Shown here piece after piece: positions 1 through 7,482 of a stretch of DNA of 17,383 nt. Both the position numbers and the translations under genes were made by a program. The notes under the pieces are model-generated. The model saw nothing but the letters and a program-made list of their open reading frames with translations, was not told the DNA's origin and searched no databases. The stretch's first letter is position 1. Each line of letters starts with the position of its first letter. This stretch comes from Okeania sp. Lineage in GTDB: Bacteria; Cyanobacteriota; Cyanobacteriia; Cyanobacteriales; Microcoleaceae. The stretch covers positions 1-17,383 of the forward strand of contig NZ_JAYKGW010000055.1 of the NCBI RefSeq assembly GCF_035285525.1, given 5' to 3'.

Positions 1-42
1 GCGTTCCCATTGGTCATCCCGTAAGGCATAACGTCTAGTCAT
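1..42 (-). CDS. 5' end of an IS-type DDE transposase gene (partial; continues beyond the left window edge)
   Basis: The reverse complement of 1..42 reads ATG ACT AGA CGT TAT GCC TTA CGG GAT GAC CAA TGG GAA CGC = MTRRYALRDDQWER. I recognise this RRY-x-L-x-D-x-QWE opening from the N-terminal (DUF4096-type) domain of IS5/IS4-superfamily transposases. Only 14 codons are visible, so the family and the element ends cannot be fixed. Confidence 0.45.
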   Translation of the reverse strand, partial: MTRRYALRDDQWER

Positions 43-414
43 TTAGAACATTCCTACTTATGTTATTCTTCATAAGCATATTATACTTTTAATGTCAACC
101 TCTATAATTGATGACACGCCCTAGGAACCGCATAAAATAATTAGGCAATGTGTGAGGAATATGGGAGGCGTGGGAGAAAAGTTCTGATTAAAATAAATAT
201 CGGGAAAAGAGGGAGTAGGGAGTAGGGGAAAAGAGGTGATAATTTATATACTAGAATTGATTTGATTTTTGATGATCGCCAGATTTCTAATAGAAGTCTC
301 CAAAAATCAAATTAATGATAAAATTATATAATGTCTGTTGGTATCAAACCGTACAAATGCTAGGGAAGTATCTACTGTTTATAAGGTTTTTCCTTTTTCC
401 TTCTTCTTTCTTCG

Positions 415-921
415 TTACCCTTGGAGTTGCAAAACTAAGTGAACTAATTCTGGTAAGATTAACTTTTCTGTAGCCAGCTTGACAGCATTACTAGAACCTG
501 GTACTGAAAATACTAATTTACCTTGATAACTACCAGCAATGGCACGAGAAGCGATCGCCCTGGAACCAATTTCTTGATAACTTAACCACCGAAATAATTC
601 TCCAAAACCGGGTAAAGTTTTTTCCAATAAGTGTTGAATAGCATCATAAGTAGTATCTTTGGGTGCTATTCCGGTTCCACCATTAAAAATTACAGCATCT
701 ATATCTTCTTTTTGACATAGAGTTTCTATTTGGGCGACGACTGCTAATTTTTCATCTTTGATAATCAAATATTCTGTGATAGAATGACCAGCGCTTCTCA
801 AAATTTTCTGAAGTAACTGACCACTTTTATCTGTTTCTTGGGTGCGGGTATCACTAACTGTAATTACAGCACAACGGACAATAATATTTGGAGGAGCAGG
901 ATGAGGAATTTGTTGATCCAT
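415..921 (-). CDS. moaB: Molybdenum cofactor biosynthesis protein B (MoaB/MogA-fold)
   Basis: 168-aa ORF with the MoaB/MogA layout: VITVSDTR near the N-terminus, FNGGTGIAPKDTT (the GGTG motif), PGFGELFR, and a SVPGSSNAV tail. The length is typical of MoaB. Confidence 0.85.
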   Translation of the reverse strand: MDQQIPHPAPPNIIVRCAVITVSDTRTQETDKSGQLLQKILRSAGHSITEYLIIKDEKLAVVAQIETLCQKEDIDAVIFNGGTGIAPKDTTYDAIQHLLEKTLPGFGELFRWLSYQEIGSRAIASRAIAGSYQGKLVFSVPGSSNAVKLATEKLILPELVHLVLQLQG

Positions 922-1666
922 ATTTATTTGGGGAGTAGGGAACTAGAATAAATAGGGCTTGGTGAAAAAAGTATAGGGTTAGTTAATTGTTCGTTATTGA
1001 TTTGCTAACGTTTATTGATATAAGTTCACATAAATTGAGTGAATCAATTTATTTATACAAATTGTGTTAAGATGCAGCCAAAAGAAAAGTTTGTGGTGTG
1101 AAACCAGGCCACTAAGTAACCGCTATACTGATAAGTTGCCTAGCATGGTCAAGTAATTTCAACTTCTGTGAACGCTAATAACCAAGACAACATAAGTTTT
1201 GAAAGCGTCTACAGGTTTTTTTGTAGACTTTGGGAGATACCCTCTCAGTAATTAGATTACTGTGCATTGTTAGCTTTTGTGAGCAATGCAGAGTATCGGT
1301 AGCAAGTGTAAGGAGATTAAATATTTTTTCCTCAAAATACCTGCTTTTTGAGCTTCAAGTACCGAAAACTTCTTAGGGTTTGCTCATGGAAAGTCTTTTG
1401 GTTGAGGTAGGGAGTAGTTAGGACTTAATATTTAGGGGAGTTACAGAGTAAAATGAGCGGAAAAATAGTAAGAGTAATTTTTCTGTCATAGTGAGCAAAA
1501 AATGCTCAATTTTTGAATCTCAGTCCCCTAAAAGCTAACATTTTTTGATACCTAAAAATCCTAAAATCTTCTTCAGATAACTTAAGCTATTAGCCAAGAA
1601 TTTCAATCCTTGGCTTGGCTAGCTATTAGGTATAAAGTTTTGTCTTTTTCAGCATTTCCTGATATA

Positions 1667-2002
1667 TCAAGACTTGTTAAGTTCTAAACCGTACTTTTCA
1701 GCATAACGCTCCATAAACCGCATGAAGCGATCCCATTCTGGTTTAGACTTCATAACATAAAATCCTTCAAGGAATTTAGGCTCACCATTAACAAATCTGG
1801 CCTTAACTTCACGACTTACCATTTGGCCTTCTTCATCAATCATATACATACCTGTAATTTCTTGAGTAATATCTTGGCCTAAAGCTTTGGGATTTTCAAA
1901 AATAAATGTAGCTGTTCCCTGATTACCACTAGCAGAACGAGTTAGACGTACTTGTTCAGTACCTTCTTCATCAAGACCTTGAATAAATTGAATTACGGTC
2001 AT
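1667..2002 (-). CDS. psb28: Photosystem II assembly/reaction-centre protein Psb28
   Basis: 111-aa ORF. IQF..G..E....VRLTRS..G..GTA.F.F, ITGMYMIDEEG, and especially PEWDRFMRFMERYAE match the Psb28 family consensus as I remember it. The length is typical (~110 aa). Confidence 0.92.
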   Translation of the reverse strand: MTVIQFIQGLDEEGTEQVRLTRSASGNQGTATFIFENPKALGQDITQEITGMYMIDEEGQMVSREVKARFVNGEPKFLEGFYVMKSKPEWDRFMRFMERYAEKYGLELNKS

Positions 2003-2635
2003 TAATTTCTTTAATCCTTAATAAATTATTAAGATATCATTATATAGTAGGGAACAGGGAACGGGAAATAGGTAACAGTTAGAAAAACATTTTCCCTATT
2101 CTCTCTCAACGAGGAAGTTATAGCGGTTTTCAGAAAGGTAGACTACAAAACTTCTACCTCTATTGGTCGATTTATGCTTGGTTAAAAATCTTTATCAAAT
2201 AAAAATTGACAAAATTGATTAGTTATGGTATGACTAACGATCCAGTTATTAGTATCAACTACTGAAGTTCTATAGTTGCTTGAAATCTTGAGACCTCATC
2301 TGAAAAACTTGACATATTAAAGATTTGAGCATTTTTTTGTTTGGAAAAAGTGCAACTTTTTGGATAGCTTTGGTTCCTCAAGGAGTCTATTTTGGGGAAA
2401 AGTTGGGTAACAAAATTACTCTCCATCCCCCCATCACCCTATCACCCTATCTCATTAAAAAGACTTTTTCAGCAAACCCTATTTAGGACTACTATAGTAT
2501 CTGGAAAAATTTTGGTTAAGACAATGGTAAGCATTCAGCTCTCAGCTCTGATATCTCAGCTTTATTAAGTTCAAAAGAGGAAAAAGCAATAAGCTGGATT
2601 TCCAAGAATTATAAATTATGGTTCATTAATGGATA

Positions 2636-2749
2636 ATGGATAATTACGTCATTTGTTCAAAAGCTGAATGGGATAACATCCTACAGGAAATGCTTACAGA
2701 CAATGTTGATAGTAAGCTTGAGGTTGACCCTGAAAAATACACACTATAA
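2636..2749 (+). CDS. Possible 37-aa small ORF (MDNYVICSKAEWDNILQEMLTDNVDSKLEVDPEKYTL) or the body of a small RNA
   Basis: Hand-translated ORF ATG(2636)..TAA(2747-2749). Its stop lies inside the left arm of a strong intrinsic terminator. No clear Shine-Dalgarno sequence is present, and the start lies inside a GGATAAT heptamer tract. Confidence 0.2.
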   Translation: MDNYVICSKAEWDNILQEMLTDNVDSKLEVDPEKYTL

Positions 2750-2786
2750 AAAATCAAGGTAATTATATTATAGGTGTGTTTTTTTT
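2739..2786 (+). terminator. Rho-independent terminator
   Basis: The left arm acacactataa (2739-2749) pairs with the right arm ttataggtgtgt (2768-2779). This gives 11 bp with one bulged base and an 18-nt loop. It is followed directly by seven more T (2780-2786). Confidence 0.6.
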
Positions 2787-3002
2787 GTCAAATTAAGTGA
2801 TCAGTTATCAGTTTCTCAGATATATCTATAAATTTTCCACTATGGGTTGACAATTCAAACTTGTCGTTTTTGTACTTCAATTTTCTGACTGAAAATGTGT
2901 TATAAATTAAAAGAATAATTGCTTGATTCATAATTATAGCTGAGAGCTGAATGCTAGCTAAGAGCTGAATGCTTCTGAGATTTTTAGGAGGATAAAATCA
3001 TA

Positions 3003-4067
3003 ATGATTGAAGTTGAGAAGTTAAGCAAAATTTATGGTTCAACCTCAGCACTAAAGGAAGTATCTTTTGCGGTAAAACAAGGAGAAATATTGGGATTTTT
3101 AGGTCCTAATGGTGCTGGTAAAACTACAACAATGCGCATTTTAGCTGGATATTTACCTGCTACAACTGGCACTGCTAAAATTGCTGGTTATGATGTACAT
3201 GAAGATTCGATGGCAGTACGACAATTAATTGGTTATTTGCCAGAAATACCGCCTTTATATCCAGAAATGACGGTGGAAGGATTTCTATTTTTTGTAACTA
3301 GAATTAAGCGAGTTTCTGCGGGCGATCGCTCGGCTAGAGTTAAGTTGGCGATGGAAAGATGTGGGTTATTAGAAAAGCAAAAAGTTTTGATTAAAAAATT
3401 ATCGAAAGGATATAAACAAAGGGTTGGTATTGCTCAAGCTTTGGTACACGATCCCCAGGTAATTATATTAGATGAACCGACTGTTGGTCTTGACCCTAGA
3501 CAAATTATTGAAGTAAGAAATTTAATTAAGAGTTTAGCTGAAGAACATACTATTATTTTATCTACTCATATTTTGCCGGAGGTTAGTATGACTTGTAATC
3601 GAGTGGCGATTATTAATTATGGTGAAATTGTGGCGACGGGTAGTCCGGAAGAAATGAGTAATAGGTTAGTAAGTGGATGGGGATATGAAGTGGAAATTGA
3701 GGGAGAAACTGAGCAGATAGAAACGGGGTTAAAGTTATTAGCTGAAGTTCCAGGAATTGAATCTTTAGAACAAATTAAATCAGATGATGAAAATCGTTTT
3801 AGACTACAAATAAAATCTCAACCGGAAATGGAGGTAGGAAAAGAAATTTCTCATACTATAGTTACTGCTGGTTTGAGTTTATGTGAGTTACGTCGAACTC
3901 GTGCTAGTTTGGAAGATGTTTTCTTGGGTTTAACTACTGGTGAAGTTGCTAACAATTCTATGGTTGAAGTGTCTACAAATTCTCTTCTAGATCAGGAAAA
4001 GTCTGAGGAAGATATTAATGTGATAAAGGATAAAAATCAATTACCTGACCCTTGGGAAGATGGATAA
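3003..4067 (+). CDS. ABC transporter ATP-binding protein (ABC-2 / CcmA-GldA-like subfamily)
   Basis: Walker A GPNGAGKTT, Q-loop region, ABC signature LSKGYKQRV, Walker B IIILDEPTVGLD and H-loop STHIL. AGGAGG at 2986-2991 lies 11 nt upstream of the ATG. There is a ~110-aa C-terminal extension beyond the nucleotide-binding domain. Confidence 0.9.
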   Translation: MIEVEKLSKIYGSTSALKEVSFAVKQGEILGFLGPNGAGKTTTMRILAGYLPATTGTAKIAGYDVHEDSMAVRQLIGYLPEIPPLYPEMTVEGFLFFVTRIKRVSAGDRSARVKLAMERCGLLEKQKVLIKKLSKGYKQRVGIAQALVHDPQVIILDEPTVGLDPRQIIEVRNLIKSLAEEHTIILSTHILPEVSMTCNRVAIINYGEIVATGSPEEMSNRLVSGWGYEVEIEGETEQIETGLKLLAEVPGIESLEQIKSDDENRFRLQIKSQPEMEVGKEISHTIVTAGLSLCELRRTRASLEDVFLGLTTGEVANNSMVEVSTNSLLDQEKSEEDINVIKDKNQLPDPWEDG

Positions 4068-4201
4068 TTAATAATTAATAATTACCTCTGGTTAAAATCG
4101 AGAAGATTTAATAGAGCCATCCTGAAATTAATTGATCATGGATAATTAATAATTAATAATTACCTCTGGTTAAAACCGAGAAGATTTAATAGAGCCATCC
4201 T
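4061..4201. repeat. Tandem direct duplication (two 63-bp copies, period 78 bp) spanning the ABC ATPase stop codon
   Basis: tggataattaataattaataattacctctggttaaaa(t/c)cgagaagatttaatagagccatcct occurs at 4061-4123 and 4139-4201 with one mismatch. Copy 1 contains the final GGA codon and the TAA stop of the upstream CDS. Confidence 0.9.
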
Positions 4202-4343
4202 AAATAGGTTGTAATATTTTATCTAACGGGGTTTGGAGAGAACCCCTACAAAAATGGAATTTTCAAACCAATACTTCCTTCTTCCTTTTTCCTTCTTCAT
4301 TCTAAATAATTTGAACTCTATTGTAATATTAAAAAATTAAGAA

Positions 4344-5144
4344 ATGCTAATAGTAATAAGTAATATTATCGCAATTTACAGAAAAGAATTACAAGGATAT
4401 TTTTCCTCACCATTAGCTTATGCAATTACAGGAATATTTTGGCTTTTGGGAGGATATTTTTTAGTAGCTATTTTGTTAGGAGCAGATGGAATTATTCAAC
4501 AAATTGCTACTAGAGACCAACTCGGAATTACTGAACCACCAGTCGATGCAGCATACGAATTTTTGAAAGCTTATCTAGGTATTATGGGTTCTCTTTCTTT
4601 ATTTTTACTGCCTATGTTATCCATGAATTTATATGCGGAAGAAAGAAAACGAGGTACTTTAGAATTATTAGCAACTTCACCCTTAACAAATTGGTCAGTT
4701 GCAACAGGAAAATTATTAGCTGTATTAACATTTTATATTTCGATGGTACTGCCATTATTGGGGTTGGAAGCTATTGCTATTAATGCAGCGAAACCTGCTA
4801 TTTCACCAGTGTTACTTTTGTTAGGACACGGGGGTTTAATATTACTGGCTGGGGCAGTATTATCATTAGGAATGTTTGTTTCTTCTTTGACAGATAGTGC
4901 AATTTTATCTGCTATTTTGACATTTACTTTAGTATTATTTCTCTGGGTAATTGATGTAGTGGCAAATAATGTTAGTGGTGTTTTAGCGGAGGCATTAAAA
5001 CATTTATCAATGTTGACACATTACACTAATATGATTCAGGGACTTGTAGATACTAGCAGCATTATTATGTTGTTGAGTTATGTGGTTTTAGGAGTATTTT
5101 TAACTGCTCAATCAATTGATGCTTTACGGTTCCAACGTTCTTAA
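4344..5144 (+). CDS. ABC-2 family transporter permease
   Basis: 266-aa protein with about six hydrophobic helices. There is one N-terminal TM, a loop, then five clustered TMs, as in ABC-2/GldF/NosY-like permeases. It lies directly downstream of, and co-oriented with, the ABC ATPase. Confidence 0.85.
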   Translation: MLIVISNIIAIYRKELQGYFSSPLAYAITGIFWLLGGYFLVAILLGADGIIQQIATRDQLGITEPPVDAAYEFLKAYLGIMGSLSLFLLPMLSMNLYAEERKRGTLELLATSPLTNWSVATGKLLAVLTFYISMVLPLLGLEAIAINAAKPAISPVLLLLGHGGLILLAGAVLSLGMFVSSLTDSAILSAILTFTLVLFLWVIDVVANNVSGVLAEALKHLSMLTHYTNMIQGLVDTSSIIMLLSYVVLGVFLTAQSIDALRFQRS

Positions 5145-5374
5145 AATGAAGGAAGAAGCAAGTTCATTAATGGATAATGGATAATGGATAATTGATAATT
5201 ACTTCTTTCTAAAAGGGAGAAGCTTTTAACTTGAATTATTTAATTAGATATGATATCTAAATGCTGACAGAGGAAGCAGGAAAATAAAAGTTTATAGGGG
5301 AAAAGGTTTTTTTATAACTGATGACAAGAGATGATATACAATATATGTAGAATGAAATTTACAGTATATTTAAA

Positions 5375-5462
5375 CTTGGTGAGATACACCCATAGCGGGC
5401 AAGATTCCCACACTAAAAATGTTTAATTATTAATATCTGTATTTCATATATTTGGAATCTAC
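5375..5462. repeat. Left arm of an imperfect inverted repeat flanking the 5551-6168 gene
   Basis: The reverse complement of 5375-5462 aligns without gaps to 6178-6263. In my hand alignment, 50 of 65 positions match in the inner part and 21 of 26 in the outer part, e.g. gattccaa...tacagat.ttaata.ttaaa..ttt.tagtgtgg...gggtgta.ct. Confidence 0.75.
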
Positions 5463-5550
5463 TTTTCTTCCCTACATTACTACATTATATTCCAGAAGTT
5501 ACTAATAATTGATAATTGATAATTAATAACTGAGTTAATGGAGTCTCACA

Positions 5551-6168
5551 ATGTCTAAGACAAAAATATTACAAGAGGGTCAGTCTTATACTTTTCGGTC
5601 TTATTTTGAACTGTCTTATGAAGCTGATGAAATTCTAGCAGAGTTAAATTATTCATTAGTTAAATCTCGTTTATCTTTGCCGAAAACAACAAAAAAATTA
5701 GAAAGTTTATCCGAAATACAGAATAAACTAGATGATATTTTACCTTTTGTTAGTTTAAGTAATGAAACTGCTAGAAGAGAAATTTTAGTGTCTCCAATTT
5801 TATTGGAAATTGTTCATTATTGTCATTGTCAGTTAAGAATTGAATATTATTTGAAAGTTAATGACTGGTTAAAAGGTAGTTTGGATTATTTATTACGTTC
5901 GACTAATAATTTATTAGTTATTGAAGCGAAAAATGATGATTTAACTAGAGGTTTTACTCAGCTAGCTGTAGAGTTAATTGCATTAGCTGAAGTTGAAGAA
6001 AATAATATTTTTTATGGTGCAGTGACAATGGGGGATGTGTGGCGTTTTGGTAAATTAAATAAAGCTGAAAAGCAAATTACACAAGATATCAATTTATTTA
6101 AAATTCCAGATGATATAAAGGATTTGGGTGCAGTTTTAGTGGGTATTTTGGAAGGAGTAGAAAATTAA
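5551..6168 (+). CDS. Hypothetical protein with a PD-(D/E)xK nuclease-fold signature (HsdR-N-like / restriction-endonuclease-like)
   Basis: 205-aa ORF. E86 (ILLEIV), D112 (SLDYLL), then E125-A-K127 (LLVIEAKNDD) and Q137 have the spacing expected of a PD-(D/E)xK active site. A decayed paralogue at 14509-15127 has lost exactly these residues. Confidence 0.6.
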   Translation: MSKTKILQEGQSYTFRSYFELSYEADEILAELNYSLVKSRLSLPKTTKKLESLSEIQNKLDDILPFVSLSNETARREILVSPILLEIVHYCHCQLRIEYYLKVNDWLKGSLDYLLRSTNNLLVIEAKNDDLTRGFTQLAVELIALAEVEENNIFYGAVTMGDVWRFGKLNKAEKQITQDINLFKIPDDIKDLGAVLVGILEGVEN

Positions 6169-6177
6169 AATAATACA

Positions 6178-6263
6178 GCAGATTCCAAGTTTCTGAAGTA
6201 CAGATTTTAATAGTTAAATGTTTCTAGTGTGGACATTTTGTCGGTGATGGGTGTACCTGATCA
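6178..6263. repeat. Right arm of the inverted repeat flanking the 5551-6168 gene
   Basis: See the 5375-5462 entry. It starts 10 nt after the stop codon. A third copy in the same orientation follows the pseudogene (15128-15228). Confidence 0.75.
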
Positions 6264-6343
6264 TAACAGGAAGCGCTCTCAAACCTATTTTGGTATCTTT
6301 TGAATTGATCTTCTTTCTAGAAAATTTGTCATCCCTGGGAAAC

Positions 6344-6565
6344 TTAATGATTTTTAGTTGAATAAAAAATCATGCGCATAGACGAGTAAGGGCAGTCAAA
6401 ATCTAACATATCACAATTTTGAGCAGGATGCAACCATAAATCTTTGGCAGCGCATTTTTTTTCGGGGTGCTTCATAAAATGAAAATGTGAATGATTTTCC
6501 ACTGAGGAAGTTATGGATGGAAAGATTTCATCATGGGAAAAACCGGATTCTATATTATTTATCAT
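6344..6565 (-). pseudogene. Small ORF, copy A; possible degenerate C-terminal remnant of a RAYT/IS200-like tyrosine transposase
   Basis: The 73-aa ORF shares ...VENHSHFHFMKHPEKKCAAKDLWLHPAQN.DMLD....YSS.RM.FYSTKNH with copy B. The substitutions between copies are clustered, and every one I checked was nonsynonymous, which suggests no purifying selection. See the findings for the tentative RAYT resemblance. Confidence 0.3.
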
Positions 6566-6593
6566 TATAATGAAGCGATCGCTTCATTATAAT
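6564..6593. repeat. Perfect 30-bp palindrome centred on a HIP1 site
   Basis: attataatgaagcgatcgcttcattataat. I checked base by base that 15 of 15 positions pair around the centre between 6578 and 6579 (GCGA|TCGC). Confidence 0.95.
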
Positions 6594-6805
6594 TTTATCA
6601 CTACATATACAGGACTACCCCACTGAGGAAGTTATGGATGGAAAGATTTCATCATGGGAAAAATCTGATTTTCATCTTTATTTCTCCTGAGCGAGTATCT
6701 TGCGGAGGATGGGTGTACCTGATCATAAAAGGAAGCGCTCTTAAACTTATTTTGGTATCTTTTGAATTGATCTTCTTTCTAGAAAATTTGTCATCCCTGG
6801 GAAAC

Positions 6806-6991
6806 TTAATGATTTTTAGTTGAATAAAAAGTCATGCGTATAGACGAATAAATCCAGTTAACATCTAACATATCACTATTTTGAGCAGGATGCAACCATA
6901 AATCTTTGGCAGCGCATTTTTTTTCGGGGTGCTTCATAAAATGAAAATGTGAATGATTTTCCACTAGACATCTCCAAAAATTATCAAGCAC
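6806..6991 (-). pseudogene. Small ORF, copy B; possible degenerate C-terminal remnant of a RAYT/IS200-like tyrosine transposase
   Basis: 61-aa ORF with a GTG start immediately preceded by an in-frame TAA. NFWRCLVEN..HFHFMKHPEKK...VNWIYSS loosely parallels the RAYT C-terminus pattern (R)FWEH.hR......H.DYIh.NPVK......DWP(Y/F)SS that I recall. Confidence 0.3.
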
Positions 6992-7176
6992 TTACTGTAA
7001 CTATCTTTGAGGAAGCGATCGCGAGTTCGTCCAGATAGTCATTTTTTATGGGACTTATAGTATTACAGATAGTTATTGTTAATTATTAACCATTTTTATG
7101 TAATTATTTCTTGCTTTTCACTAAACCTAAAGTCATAATTTATGTTGACATTAATGCTCCTATTCTTAATGCTGAT

Positions 7177-7222
7177 AGCTAAATGCTTACTCATAAAGAA
7201 ATTTCATCGTAAGCATTCAGCT
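7177..7222. repeat. Hairpin-forming copy of the AGCTGAATGCTTAC dispersed repeat
   Basis: agctaaatgcttac (7177-7190) and gtaagcattcagct (7209-7222) are reverse complements with one mismatch, separated by an 18-nt loop. The hairpin lies ~260 nt downstream of the 487-aa gene stop. There is no U-tract, so it is not called a terminator. Confidence 0.7.
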
Positions 7223-7482
7223 ATTAACTTTCAGATATTCCTACGGAATGCACTCGGATTCAACAACAAGACTTTTCGTTCTTAAATAGTGTTTAAATGA
7301 ATCAATATTTAAGGTCAAATAAACCTGCTTTGGTAGGAATATTTATAAAGCTTTGATCGCGACATAATAGCTAATAGCTAAATGCTTACATTTCATCCAA
7401 GCTCCCTACTATTATCTAAAACCATCAATCAATATTATGTACTTCATCAAATATAAAACCCTTGTATTTTGTAGCTTACCTG

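Larger units (their letters stand above)
6233..6965. repeat. Segmental direct duplication (two ~270-bp copies offset by 462 bp) with an internal 44-bp direct repeat
   Basis: 6233-6503 and 6695-6965 are near-identical, including a >100-nt perfectly identical stretch. ccactgaggaagttatggatggaaagatttcatcatgggaaaaa occurs at 6499-6542 and 6620-6663. The duplication begins inside the right inverted-repeat arm. Confidence 0.85.

Noticed and set aside
1592-1615. Hairpin agccaag-N10-cttggct downstream of psb28 as its terminator
   Set aside because: The 7-bp stem is real, but on the minus (psb28) strand it is not followed by a U-tract. I cannot support a terminator call.
921-1667. 745-bp moaB / psb28 intergenic region scanned for tRNA, RNase P, 6S or tmRNA-like signatures and small ORFs
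   Set aside because: I found no T-loop (GGTTCGAAT-like) or RNase P (GAAAGTCCGG-like) motifs. Only very short ORFs (<=20 codons) and weak hairpins are present (gtctaca/tgtagac at ~1207-1229; tgcattg/caatgca at ~1264-1291). Nothing can be supported without expression data.
2848-2906. Promoter for the ABC operon (TTGACA at 2848-2853; TGtTATAAA extended -10-like at ~2898-2906)
   Set aside because: The TTGACA has no acceptable -10 hexamer at 16-19 nt spacing, and the extended -10 candidate has no -35. In DNA this AT-rich such matches are expected by chance, so transcription start mapping is needed.
5162-5205. GGATAAT/TGATAAT/TAATAAT heptamer tracts considered as a possible CRISPR or regulatory array. 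Other tracts lie at 2621-2645, 4062-4083, 5499-5527, 16957-16995 and, inverted, at 17053-17085
   Set aside because: These are contiguous heptamer repeats with no spacers, located just downstream or upstream of genes. That behaviour matches STRR-type short tandem repeats of heterocystous cyanobacteria, not CRISPR. A 24-nt identity (gttcattaatggataatggataat at 2621 and 5162) is explained by the same tract type.
6638-6823. 61-aa + strand ORF in the duplicated block
   Set aside because: It starts inside the 44-bp direct repeat and runs through repeat-derived sequence. The equivalent frame in the first copy is not open in the same way. There is no RBS or motif, so it is probably fortuitous.
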